The notes under the pieces are model-generated. The model saw only the letters and a list, made by a program, of their open reading frames with translations, ran no database searches and was not told the origin of the DNA. From Candidatus Delongbacteria bacterium (GTDB lineage Bacteria; CAIWAD01), in assembly GCA_963663545.1 (NCBI GenBank), contig OY760505.1, forward strand, positions 1,408,001 to 1,472,000: 64,000 nucleotides of DNA, written 5' to 3'. Shown in pieces: positions 8,988-17,892 of the stretch. Within the stretch, counting starts at the first letter, position 1; every line of letters begins with the position of its first letter. Made by a program: the position numbers and the translations under genes.

Positions 8988-10778
8988 TTATTCGAACGAG
9001 ATATCATCCAGATAGATGGTCTGCGGATGCCCGTTGCCGCTCAAAGACCAGACAAAGGGCGTCTTCACTCTGCTCAGGTCCTTGCCCTTGAGCTTCAAGG
9101 TGTAGCGTTTCCACTCACGTTTGAGCTTCATGCCCTTGCGCGAGGCGAAGGCTGTATCACAGTATTCGCATTCGCCTGCCAGAATGCCGAGGGAGAAATC
9201 GACGATCTCACCCCCTCTTTCGCCACGTGCCCAGAACACCAAGGTACGAGCGCCGCTCAGATCAAAACCGCCAGGCTGGTTGCCCCAGTCGTTGGAGGGA
9301 TTCTGCCAGGCCACACCCACCCACTGGCCGGGATCGTGATACGTAAAGCGTAGGCATGTGTCACCATTGTGCGGGTTCTCGTTGCATGCAGCATCCATTT
9401 CCAGCGCGCTGTAATTGCCCATCCAGCCGGAGGGTGCCCAGGGCTCAGGTCTACCGTCTTCGTAGACTGCCAGCGGGAGTTTGATGCCAACAGAACCTGA
9501 CGGGCCTTCCACCCGAAATGGCACACTGGCTGTCGCCGCGGCCCCGGCTCCATCATCCACGACCAGATAAGCCCGGTAGAGACCACCTGCCGGTGCAATC
9601 AGGGTTGCCCCATTGATCGATGTATCACGAAGTATGTCGTCAAGCTCCAGTGGCGCCGGTTGTGAGGCACCGGGAGGTGCGTTCGGATCCAGCTCGCCCG
9701 TGACACTCCAGCGTGCAGTCAGCGACGCGCGCTCCGGATCCCTTGCCTGCAGCTGAATGCGCAGTGTATCACCAGGTTGAACGATGTCCGGACCTGTCAG
9801 GCTAAAGGAGACGATCTCCGGACAGAGATTAGCAGGAGGCTGGCCGCTCCAGATTTCCGTCATCGCATCCACTGCGGCCAGCTTCTCGCCGGTGGGCAAA
9901 AACATGCCGTACCAGGTGGAAGTGGCTTCGATTTTGCTTCCCCATGTGAAGGCAAATCCGCCCAGGCAAAGGTCGGCAGCATCCAGGCAACCTACAGCAT
10001 ATGCGTCGTGATACGCGCGCGCCTTCTGCGTGCTGGTCAACTCTGGCGGCGCTCCGCAGGCTGCCATGGGAATCTCCCAAGTGCCGGGAGGGCCGAACTC
10101 CGTAATCAGCAAGGGTTTGAAGCCGCCAGCTTCGCGATAGCGTTCCGGCAAACTGGGCAGACCGCCGTAGGAATTGACGCCCATGATGTCGATGTCAGGG
10201 CAGAGCTCGTTCACCGCGCGCACTCGGTCACCGCCGATTTCCGCCGTCACCGTCATGGTCGGGTGATACGGATCCAACTCGTGAATCATCGCCGCCAACG
10301 CCTGCACATGCGCCCAGACCGCCGGATCGTCGCCCCCTGCAAAGCCCTCCATCTCGTTGCCGATGCCCCAGAGCAGCAGCGCAGGATGATCCCTGTGGCG
10401 AAGCACGTCGCGTCTCACGCGCGCGCGCTGTTCCACCAACATGGCATCGTCGTGGTAGTCAAAACCGTGTTCCGTGTGCCCCAGCCAATGACCTGCTACA
10501 ACGCATAGCCTATAAGTCTGTGCTTCATCCAGCAAGGCCTGTGTCTCGTCGCCGATACCCCAGGTGCGAATGCAGTTGGCGCCTGCAGCGGCAAGCTGAT
10601 CCACAGGTCCGTCTCCACCGGCTCCCTGCACGAAGAAGCTTTCGCCCGCGCGAAGCAGTTGCCAATTGCCGGCCTGATGCTCGATCAGTTCTACAGGAGT
10701 CGCCTGCGCATGAGCGCGCGTTCCCAGCAGTGTGCTACACAGGAGCAGCAAGAGTGAGATAGGAAGGAAATTGCTCAT
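8988..10778 (-). CDS. Secreted clan GH-A glycoside hydrolase (GH2-like TIM barrel) with a C-terminal CBM11-like module
   Basis: Signal peptide; GANCIRTWG, HPALLLWGIGNE (acid/base), PLLITEFGP (nucleophile); C-terminal PSGWMG..DLSGA..L.FWARGE.GGE. Confidence 0.8.
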   Translation of the reverse strand: MSNFLPISLLLLLCSTLLGTRAHAQATPVELIEHQAGNWQLLRAGESFFVQGAGGDGPVDQLAAAGANCIRTWGIGDETQALLDEAQTYRLCVVAGHWLGHTEHGFDYHDDAMLVEQRARVRRDVLRHRDHPALLLWGIGNEMEGFAGGDDPAVWAHVQALAAMIHELDPYHPTMTVTAEIGGDRVRAVNELCPDIDIMGVNSYGGLPSLPERYREAGGFKPLLITEFGPPGTWEIPMAACGAPPELTSTQKARAYHDAYAVGCLDAADLCLGGFAFTWGSKIEATSTWYGMFLPTGEKLAAVDAMTEIWSGQPPANLCPEIVSFSLTGPDIVQPGDTLRIQLQARDPERASLTARWSVTGELDPNAPPGASQPAPLELDDILRDTSINGATLIAPAGGLYRAYLVVDDGAGAAATASVPFRVEGPSGSVGIKLPLAVYEDGRPEPWAPSGWMGNYSALEMDAACNENPHNGDTCLRFTYHDPGQWVGVAWQNPSNDWGNQPGGFDLSGARTLVFWARGERGGEIVDFSLGILAGECEYCDTAFASRKGMKLKREWKRYTLKLKGKDLSRVKTPFVWSLSGNGHPQTIYLDDISFE

Positions 10779-10815
10779 TTCGGCAACATGGCAAATCCTT
10801 AGCGAGAGGTTGTTT

Positions 10816-11595
10816 TCAGGAGCTGACCCGACCGACAAGGCCCAGGATCACAAGAATCACCAGCCAGTACAGGATGAAACAGGCAGCCACACCCAGTACG
10901 CGAAACACCCACTGCCAACGATTGAAGATCTGTCCCAGAGCGTAGAAAGGATAGATGGCCAGGCAAAACCAGGCAAGGGCGAAGGCGAGGGGTGACACAA
11001 TGAGCAAGGGATAGATTAGGGTGATCAGCAGTGCAAGCTGCCCTTTGATGAACATGTTGATCACCAGATGCTCGCTGTAGCGCAGGCCGGAGCGGAAGAA
11101 CACCAGTCGCGTGCACAGCGAGAATAAGGGCAACAGCAGAAGCGATGCGTAGGTGTAGTGGCCGCTTAGCCAGATGAAAACTGTCTGCGCACCAGTGGCA
11201 GCACCTTCCTCCGCAGAACTGACACTCACATTCTTCAGCACTTCCCCAAGAACCGGTGTCGACCCCTGCCAATAAGTTACAAGCACGTAAATGGCCGAAG
11301 CCAGCAGCAGAAACCCGAAAGGACGGCTGAAGGAGCGACGCTGTCCTGCAAGAAAAGCGTGCAGGCTCTTTCCCGGACGCAGCATCAACTCACGGGCGGT
11401 AAAGAGAAAACCGTGATCCAGCTGTAACACACCGCCCAAAAGCTCAACTAGAATGTAATGGGGGTTAATCCGTCGCACTCGCGAGCTCTGTCCGCACTCG
11501 CTGCAGTAGTGGCCGGAAAGCGGGCTTCCACAATTCAGACACACAGGGCTCTGCTCGTGTGATACACTCACATCCGTGTTGATTTGCTCTTCCAT
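10816..11595 (-). CDS. DUF3667 membrane protein (N-terminal zinc ribbon)
   Basis: CLNCG..L.G.YC..CGQ, T..EL..RPG......GQR..F.RP, several TM helices. Confidence 0.85.
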   Translation of the reverse strand: MEEQINTDVSVSHEQSPVCLNCGSPLSGHYCSECGQSSRVRRINPHYILVELLGGVLQLDHGFLFTARELMLRPGKSLHAFLAGQRRSFSRPFGFLLLASAIYVLVTYWQGSTPVLGEVLKNVSVSSAEEGAATGAQTVFIWLSGHYTYASLLLLPLFSLCTRLVFFRSGLRYSEHLVINMFIKGQLALLITLIYPLLIVSPLAFALAWFCLAIYPFYALGQIFNRWQWVFRVLGVAACFILYWLVILVILGLVGRVSS

Positions 11596-11656
11596 GGAAC
11601 TCGCCTTACTGGTCCTCTGAACGAATTGGGCACCGCCAGGTCACTCATGAATAGGG

Positions 11657-12433
11657 TCAAAACCGCATTGCCAGCCCCACTGTCGCTACTAGCAAAACTC
11701 CGATCAGTGTCCAATACAAGATGTAACACAGAGCGATTGCCAGCAAACGCGGCACCCAGCGCCACTGGTCAAAAACCTGCCCGAGAGCGAAGAATGAATA
11801 GAGTCCCAACCCGGACCAGATCACGAAAAACAGATAGGGCGAGATTTCCTGCAAGGGATAGATGATGGCGATCATCAAGGCCAGCTGGCCCTTGATGAAC
11901 ATATTGATTACCAGGTGCTCGCTGTAACACAGCCCTGAACGGCGAAAGACCAGCCGCGTGCAAAGGGAAAACAGCGGCAGCAACAAGAGCGAAGCATAGG
12001 TGTAGTGGCCCCCCAGCCATTTCAGGGTACCATAGACTTTGGAGACGCCCTCATCCGTTGAAGATATGCCATTAAGAACGTTTGCCAGGATCGTGCCAGA
12101 GTGGATGTAGTGGGCCGCGAGCACGTACAGCGCAGACCCGATAAGCAGGAAGCCGAAGGGACGTGAATAGGCACGGCGCCTCCCTGCCAGAATACTGTGC
12201 AAGCTGGCACCCGGACGCAGCAATAGTTCGCGAGCGGTAAAGAGAAAGCCGTGATCCAGCTGTAACACTCCACCCAGGACCTCGACCAGCAGATAGCGCG
12301 GAGTAATCTTGCCAACCCGCGCGCTTTGTCCGCAGTGGCTGCAATAGTTGTCAGTCAACGGGGTACCGCAGTTCAGGCACTTTCCGCTATCGCTATGTAC
12401 TACAGCATTGCTGCCTGCAGGTTGTTGTATCAC
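11657..12433 (-). CDS. DUF3667 membrane protein, tandem paralog
   Basis: CLNCG..L...YCSHCGQ; long stretches identical to 10816-11595. Confidence 0.85.
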   Translation of the reverse strand: MIQQPAGSNAVVHSDSGKCLNCGTPLTDNYCSHCGQSARVGKITPRYLLVEVLGGVLQLDHGFLFTARELLLRPGASLHSILAGRRRAYSRPFGFLLIGSALYVLAAHYIHSGTILANVLNGISSTDEGVSKVYGTLKWLGGHYTYASLLLLPLFSLCTRLVFRRSGLCYSEHLVINMFIKGQLALMIAIIYPLQEISPYLFFVIWSGLGLYSFFALGQVFDQWRWVPRLLAIALCYILYWTLIGVLLVATVGLAMRF

Positions 12434-12444
12434 GGAAACTGATC

Positions 12445-13137
12445 CTAACTGGAAGAAACAACTGCCGCCATCATTCCTGGCATGATGCAGGCCACAAGAA
12501 TGGCCGTCTGCATGGCTTCCATCGCCTCCTGAGCCGCCTGGCCAACGGCATCGCCCTTGACAATCTCTGCAATCCGCTGCTTGCGTTCCTTCAGCTCCTT
12601 GCGCGGAAATACGTTCTGCAACAATTCCGCGTGATACGCCAGCGCAATCAGCACTGCTGTGCGGGGATCCAGATCGCGATCATTCGAGAAGATGGCCCGG
12701 TGCAGGCGCTCAACGATTTCGTCCTCCGGTGCGTGATTCACTTCCGGGTAGAGTTTGCGCGTGAACACCCACAATACCTTGCCCTCTTCTTCCCGCAGGA
12801 TTCCCTTGTCACACAAGCCCTCGGCGACCCGGTGGCGCAGACGCTTGATCTGGGCAAAGCGTGACACCCAGTTTTTAGCATCGGCCATGTGCTTTGCATC
12901 AGCGATCATCCGCCAGGCTTCGTCCAGCAACTCGACTCCGGAGGATTTGAGCTCACGCGCCTTCATGTGCTTCTCTGCGCTATCGGCGTGTACTCGTTCC
13001 TGCAACAATAGCTCGCTTAGCAGTGCGCCCCCCAGAGCGAACTCCAGCATTCCACCGTTGGCGATAGTGCCTTCCTCGTCGCGTAGCGCGAGAAGAAGCA
13101 GCTCCTCGTATAGATGCAATGGAGTTGATGCCCGCAT
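12445..13137 (-). CDS. GPP34/GOLPH3 family protein
   Basis: LYEELLLLAL.DE.G, ALGGALLSELLL, L..KGIL.EE.GK.LWVF....YP, DPRTA.LIAL. Confidence 0.85.
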   Translation of the reverse strand: MRASTPLHLYEELLLLALRDEEGTIANGGMLEFALGGALLSELLLQERVHADSAEKHMKARELKSSGVELLDEAWRMIADAKHMADAKNWVSRFAQIKRLRHRVAEGLCDKGILREEEGKVLWVFTRKLYPEVNHAPEDEIVERLHRAIFSNDRDLDPRTAVLIALAYHAELLQNVFPRKELKERKQRIAEIVKGDAVGQAAQEAMEAMQTAILVACIMPGMMAAVVSSS

Positions 13138-13331
13138 GTGTCACTCCCTTCTGAATTCGTTTGCTACCGCAAGTACTACACAATATCGGGATTGCGAGAT
13201 GGACAATCATGCCTCACCCTGCTGTCACACAAACGGTCTATGCAGTGATATCGGTTAATGAAGTATGTGATACAAAACGGCAGAAACGCCACTCGATGAC
13301 ATGAACTGGCCCGCCGTTCTTTTGCATTGAT

Positions 13332-13913
13332 TTACTTATGCACTTGTTGCGGGAGCCCAAGGACCACTTGCAAGCTCAAGTATCCCTTATCGCTGAACGA
13401 GTGATTGCTAAACAGCTCCGAGGCATAGTTGGCCCCTAGGGCAAGTTCGAAATAGCGGTTGGCGAACATCTTCCGGGAAATGCCTATTTGCAACGGAAGA
13501 AGTTTCTCACCCGCTAGGACGCCAAGGAAGAACTCGTATTTCTCGGTGATTTTATCGCTTAAGAAAACGCAATAGCCGACAACCTCCCGCTTCTCCCAAT
13601 AGCCACGCGACCAGCTTGCATAGTTCTCCTTAACCTGGTCGATCCTGATAAAAACGGCGCCCATATAGACATGGATGCCAGTACCTGCTCCGGCGTCAAA
13701 TCCAAGGGCAACCACCTGGGCTTCAACTTCGTTGCGAGTTTCTTCATCAAATGGGCTGTCTTCAAGATTCTGCAGATACTCATCCACCGAGGCACGGCCC
13801 TTGATGAACCCGTAGAGCAATCGGTCGGGAAAATCCGTCCGCGAGATTCCTGCAAAACCACGGCTACAAGTGGTTAGCAGAACAATGGCCGTTAGCAATA
13901 GCCGAACGTACAT
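13332..13913 (-). CDS. Hypothetical exported protein (possible beta-barrel)
   Basis: Signal-like N terminus MYVRLLLTAIVLLTTC; alternating beta-strand pattern near the C terminus; GC lower than neighbours. Confidence 0.6.
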   Translation of the reverse strand: MYVRLLLTAIVLLTTCSRGFAGISRTDFPDRLLYGFIKGRASVDEYLQNLEDSPFDEETRNEVEAQVVALGFDAGAGTGIHVYMGAVFIRIDQVKENYASWSRGYWEKREVVGYCVFLSDKITEKYEFFLGVLAGEKLLPLQIGISRKMFANRYFELALGANYASELFSNHSFSDKGYLSLQVVLGLPQQVHK

Positions 13914-14022
13914 CTTCAACTCTCCCCCCTCACTCACTTTTTCTCAGCTGAAACCCATCCATTTGAATGGGCATTGTGATACAAAACATATCCTACTGGC
14001 CCGAGTCCTCAAGAGCCGTGTA

Positions 14023-15450
14023 CTACTCCACTTCCGTACCCTCAGGCTGCTCATCCTTGAAGGAATGACGTGTCTCATGCGGCAAGGGCAACAACTGGGT
14101 GTGCAGCTTAGGATCGCTCGCGTTGTCAAAACGGAAGGCGTTCTTGTCCACACAGCGGTGTAACACGATCTCGATGTACAGCGTCTCGTTAGGCTGCAGG
14201 AGTCCATTGAGGGAGTTGTCACACGGGTGATACTCAACGGCATGATAGTAGGCAAAGCCTTCGCGCGGCTGAGCAAGGACACGAAATCCTGTGAGCTCAT
14301 TTCTCGTGATCACATCGTAGTTGACGTAATACACCAGATGATTCGGATGAGCCGAGTTCTGCTGACGATCCACGAAGAAGCCCTTGGAGAGCTTGTCCGG
14401 ATCGTGCCCCTCGCCGCCCAGCAAGAAGAGATCGTAGTCCAGAATGGGATCGTCCTGATCGTCTTTCAGCACAAAGACCAGGTTCGTATAGCGGTGACCA
14501 CGGTGCTGGGAGTGCGCGGTCAGCCTGCGCAGATCACCGGCACGCTCCTCGTACTTCGCATCATCGGCCACTTGCAGGCACTGCAGGATTTCTTGCACCT
14601 GCGGTTTGCTGCCTGTAGTCGGTGATACAACGCTGCGCATGATACCCTTGGACTTACCAGAGTGACTGGCGTTAGGTATCACGCCAAAGGGAACATGAAC
14701 CGGCCTGCGGACAGGTCCATCCAGCTGTAGGAGGTGAACCTCTTCGGCATCTGATCCGTGTGATACGCCCATGGTCTCATCCGACTCAACAAAACGGATC
14801 ATGCTGTAGTTGAGATTGGCGGTTGCCACACGCACAACTCCATCGGAGCCCGGCTCCACCAGATAAGGATTGACGAAATCGTAGAGCTTCTTGTCGATGG
14901 TCTGTCCCGTCAGCACGAAAGGATAGAAGCCGGTGCCGGTCAGGTGGTAGTCAAGAAAATCGCTGGCCAATTCAATCTGCTGCTGGCTGCCCAGGGAAAG
15001 CCAGTCGAGGATGCGCTGGCCGGGCTCCACTCCTCCGAACCAGGCCTTGATGCGACCGACGCGCGCCTTGCCCAGCTTGGCAAGCGGCGAGCCGTGATTT
15101 GCCGGTGCCAGCATGATCAGGTGACGCAGCGGCATTTCGCCAAGGCCCTCGCTTCCGTAGTAGCGCTCGATCCATTCGCGCACGACAGGTCCGCCAGTGG
15201 AATGCGTGATACACGAGAATTCGCTGACGCCCTCCGCATCCAGCACCTGCTCGTGCAGGGCGCGGTCGAAGGCGCGTGCTACATCGGCAACGGTGACTTC
15301 GTCGTGAAAGCTAATGTAGCGGCCAAGCCAGATGTGCTTGATTTTGAGCTGCAGGTTAAACTTAGCCGCCTGCGCTGACAGCGCTTCAGGCAGACGCCCG
15401 TAGGTGTTGGTGTCCGTGACACTCCAGCCGTGAACGAAGACGAGAATCAT
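14023..15450 (-). CDS. Alpha/beta hydrolase (esterase/lipase-like)
   Basis: VFVHGWS, nucleophile elbow ITHSTGG, LIMLAPANHGS, SDGVVR, SHS. Start after GGAGG. Confidence 0.88.
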   Translation of the reverse strand: MILVFVHGWSVTDTNTYGRLPEALSAQAAKFNLQLKIKHIWLGRYISFHDEVTVADVARAFDRALHEQVLDAEGVSEFSCITHSTGGPVVREWIERYYGSEGLGEMPLRHLIMLAPANHGSPLAKLGKARVGRIKAWFGGVEPGQRILDWLSLGSQQQIELASDFLDYHLTGTGFYPFVLTGQTIDKKLYDFVNPYLVEPGSDGVVRVATANLNYSMIRFVESDETMGVSHGSDAEEVHLLQLDGPVRRPVHVPFGVIPNASHSGKSKGIMRSVVSPTTGSKPQVQEILQCLQVADDAKYEERAGDLRRLTAHSQHRGHRYTNLVFVLKDDQDDPILDYDLFLLGGEGHDPDKLSKGFFVDRQQNSAHPNHLVYYVNYDVITRNELTGFRVLAQPREGFAYYHAVEYHPCDNSLNGLLQPNETLYIEIVLHRCVDKNAFRFDNASDPKLHTQLLPLPHETRHSFKDEQPEGTEVE

Positions 15451-15746
15451 TGTGTCCTCCGCTTTCTGCGATGAACTTCTGCTGGCATGCAACGGGATGT
15501 GATTCAGTGTGTGTGATCCAGCAACTGAAAGAGTACGAAGTTGCGATGAGCATTGCTTGTGGAAAGTGTGCAATCAACAGCTGTGCGGTCCACAGCACAC
15601 ATAGAAGCGTACTCGGCTACTGATGCTCAAAATAGTCGTACCAGTCACTCAAGTGCTCACGCCAACGGGCCATGTTCTGTTGGAACTCGGCGAATTCTTC
15701 TTCTGAAGCTATCCAACACTTGCTGATATAGTCACCGCGAGTCTCA

Positions 15747-16097
15747 CTAGTCTTCCTCGTTCCGGATAGAGCCGGACTCCAGATCTTCAACGATCGTGTG
15801 ACACTCCACCTCAAACCACTCGTCGAAGAGTCTCAGACTAAGCTTCTCGGGCCACAGCGCTTCATCCGTGCACCAGCTGGCCAGTTCTTCTTCGAAGAGC
15901 AGCCTGTACCTCTTCTTGATCCAGCGGCGCAGGCTATCATCAGTATCCGCTTCTCGGTCGGATATCAAGTACACGGTGCGCTCGCGATTTAGCTCCGCCA
16001 AGCTTAGGTCGCCTGCGTGTGACGCCGGTGTTACACCTTGAATCCACTCAAGGACTGGAGCCTTGCAGCGCAAGAGGACTGCCGCTCTGTTGATCAT
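15747..16097 (-). CDS. Conserved hypothetical protein
   Basis: MINR.A..L..K.P..EWI...TVYLI....LFEEEL.SW.TDE.LWP..L...LF.EWF, a widespread small uncharacterised family. Confidence 0.75.
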   Translation of the reverse strand: MINRAAVLLRCKAPVLEWIQGVTPASHAGDLSLAELNRERTVYLISDREADTDDSLRRWIKKRYRLLFEEELASWCTDEALWPEKLSLRLFDEWFEVECHTIVEDLESGSIRNEED

Positions 16098-16219
16098 GAT
16101 CTCTCCCCGTTCTGCGAACCCATCCTGATGCAATGGCACACTTCTGGGCGTGAAAGGAAAGGACACAGCAGACTTCCTCGCCTACTATGCCTAAAACATC
16201 TTTTTGGGAAGAGATCGTC

Positions 16220-16528
16220 CTAGTGCTTCTTGAGCTTGGCGATCATCTCCTCGACTTCCTCGTAGCCTTCCTTGTAGAACTTCTCCTCTTCGGGATCCAG
16301 CTCGTGCAGGAGACGCAGGAATTCGCCAGCGTGCTCTTTCTCTTCGTTGGCGATATCGACGAGCACTTCCTTGGCCAGCTCGTTGTCAGTGCTTTCCGCC
16401 AGCTGCTGATAAAGCTGGATGGCCTCATACTCCGCGGCCACCATAAAGCGAATGGCGCGAACGAGCTCTTCGTGAGTCAACTTGCGGTCGTGCTTCAGGA
16501 CGGAAAAGGGAGTGCCGAACTCGGGCAT
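16220..16528 (-). CDS. Short ferritin-like (rubrerythrin/EncFtn-related) protein
   Basis: AEYEAIQLYQQL..IANEEKEHAGEF carboxylate/His motifs; AGGAG SD. Confidence 0.88.
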   Translation of the reverse strand: MPEFGTPFSVLKHDRKLTHEELVRAIRFMVAAEYEAIQLYQQLAESTDNELAKEVLVDIANEEKEHAGEFLRLLHELDPEEEKFYKEGYEEVEEMIAKLKKH

Positions 16529-17437
16529 GGGGTTCTCCTGTTAGTATTGGATTCGTGGTTGCTTGAAAGGATCGGAATGGCGCAGGGGCCGTTGGGGACA
16601 AGATGGGAAGCGGATGGGTATGTCTCAAACTGCGGCTACTCTGAGGGATTACCCTCAACCAGTCTTGTAACAATGGTTTGATCCAGAAGCTGGACACCAG
16701 AATTCCAAAGATGATCAGTAGCGCTTATTGTATAGTACAAAAGTTCTTAGAAGGAACGGCTAGATCGCCTGATTGAATCTGTTACAGCACTATCCGAAAA
16801 CCCAATATGCGTCTTCCATACTTCTGACAGGACTTCTTGGCTGTCCTGTAGTACGAGGCAGACATCCATTGCTTCGCGGCCCGAATCCTCCACCTTCACG
16901 ATGCTGAAAATCTGGCTTTCGCTGCACCGTGACTTATGAATGTCGATCTCCTTTGCCCAATGTGCAGCAAGGAAATCTCTACTTCTGAACAGTCCTGGTT
17001 TGCGGGGAGATTACAGAAATTCGCGCGAAATAGGGTTGCTCATAAGTTTTGTCTAAGATTCTCGTTCGATAGTCTGAAAATGCTGAAATTTCAACAAGCA
17101 TATTTGCCATGCGTTGGACAGATTCTATTAGCGGGTCAATAGTCAAATCTTGCGCTGTGAATTCAGATATAAGCGATGAGGGCGAGCTGAATCTTTACAC
17201 TACTCGAATCTTGACGCACTTCGGCTAAACTTCTTAATCCTCGTAACTGATGTGATTTCACGACTTGCATTTTTTCAATACTCAACAATGGCACAATCAA
17301 CATCACCAATGCTTCGGCATGTTTCTCCATACTTCGTTAGTTGTCTCTTGCATTTTTCCTATAGCTTGTGTATGATTACCACAGGTATACGTACCAATAT
17401 GCATGTTCGCAATCATAAGCACACAGAGGAGCCCTTA

Positions 17438-17892
17438 ATGCACACTCGCGCTGTGATTCTCCATCTAGTTATTGTCCTTATCGCAATCACATGCATCCTG
17501 TGCTACACTCTCGCTCTTCCTGTATATCAGTATTTTCACTATTTTTATGTATATCTGCACTTTTTATCATTATTCACATTCTTTCGTTAATAATTATATC
17601 TAGAAGTATTACAGAAGAATACTCTGATTCATATACTGACTGCACTTTTTTCTCTAAAGAAAACTGTGATTGCTCCGCTCCACTTTTCAGACATGTGTTT
17701 TTGTCTTGTTCCTCATCAACCTCTCACTCAAATCATTGCCTCTTCAGATACTATCGACATTCTATGCCAGAGAACAAGGCTCGCGAACTACTACACAAAG
17801 AATACCTAAAGCTAATTGCAAAGATCTCACTCCCAATCATTCTCACAATACTAATCACAACTTTGGTTACAGGATTAGGGTTAACAAAATGA
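17438..17892 (+). pseudogene. Small 3-TM protein with a Cys/His-rich loop, apparently split by a 1-nt frameshift near 17515-17525
   Basis: AGAGGAG SD plus ATG 17438 gives TM1 (stop 17590). The overlapping frame 17491-17892 gives TM2, the Cys loop and TM3, and ends in an ATGA overlap with the next gene. Confidence 0.5.

Noticed and set aside
15617..15746. Protein-like reading ending EEEFAEFQQNMARWREHLSDWYDYFEHQ on the minus strand
   Set aside because: No independent start or SD outside the upstream gene; at most a gene remnant that I cannot identify.
6924..16528. Integron cassette array (run of co-oriented accessory genes)
   Set aside because: No repeated attC-like RYYYAAC...GTTRRRY palindromes and no integrase seen; several genes are tightly coupled.
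16747..17010. Stop-free minus-strand frame of about 87 codons at the island edge
   Set aside because: No good start or SD and no recognisable motif; possibly a decayed fragment.
17670..17888. N-terminal 73 aa of the 712-aa NTPase ORF in the track
   Set aside because: Overlaps the membrane gene in another frame; the ATGA overlap at 17889 is the more plausible start.
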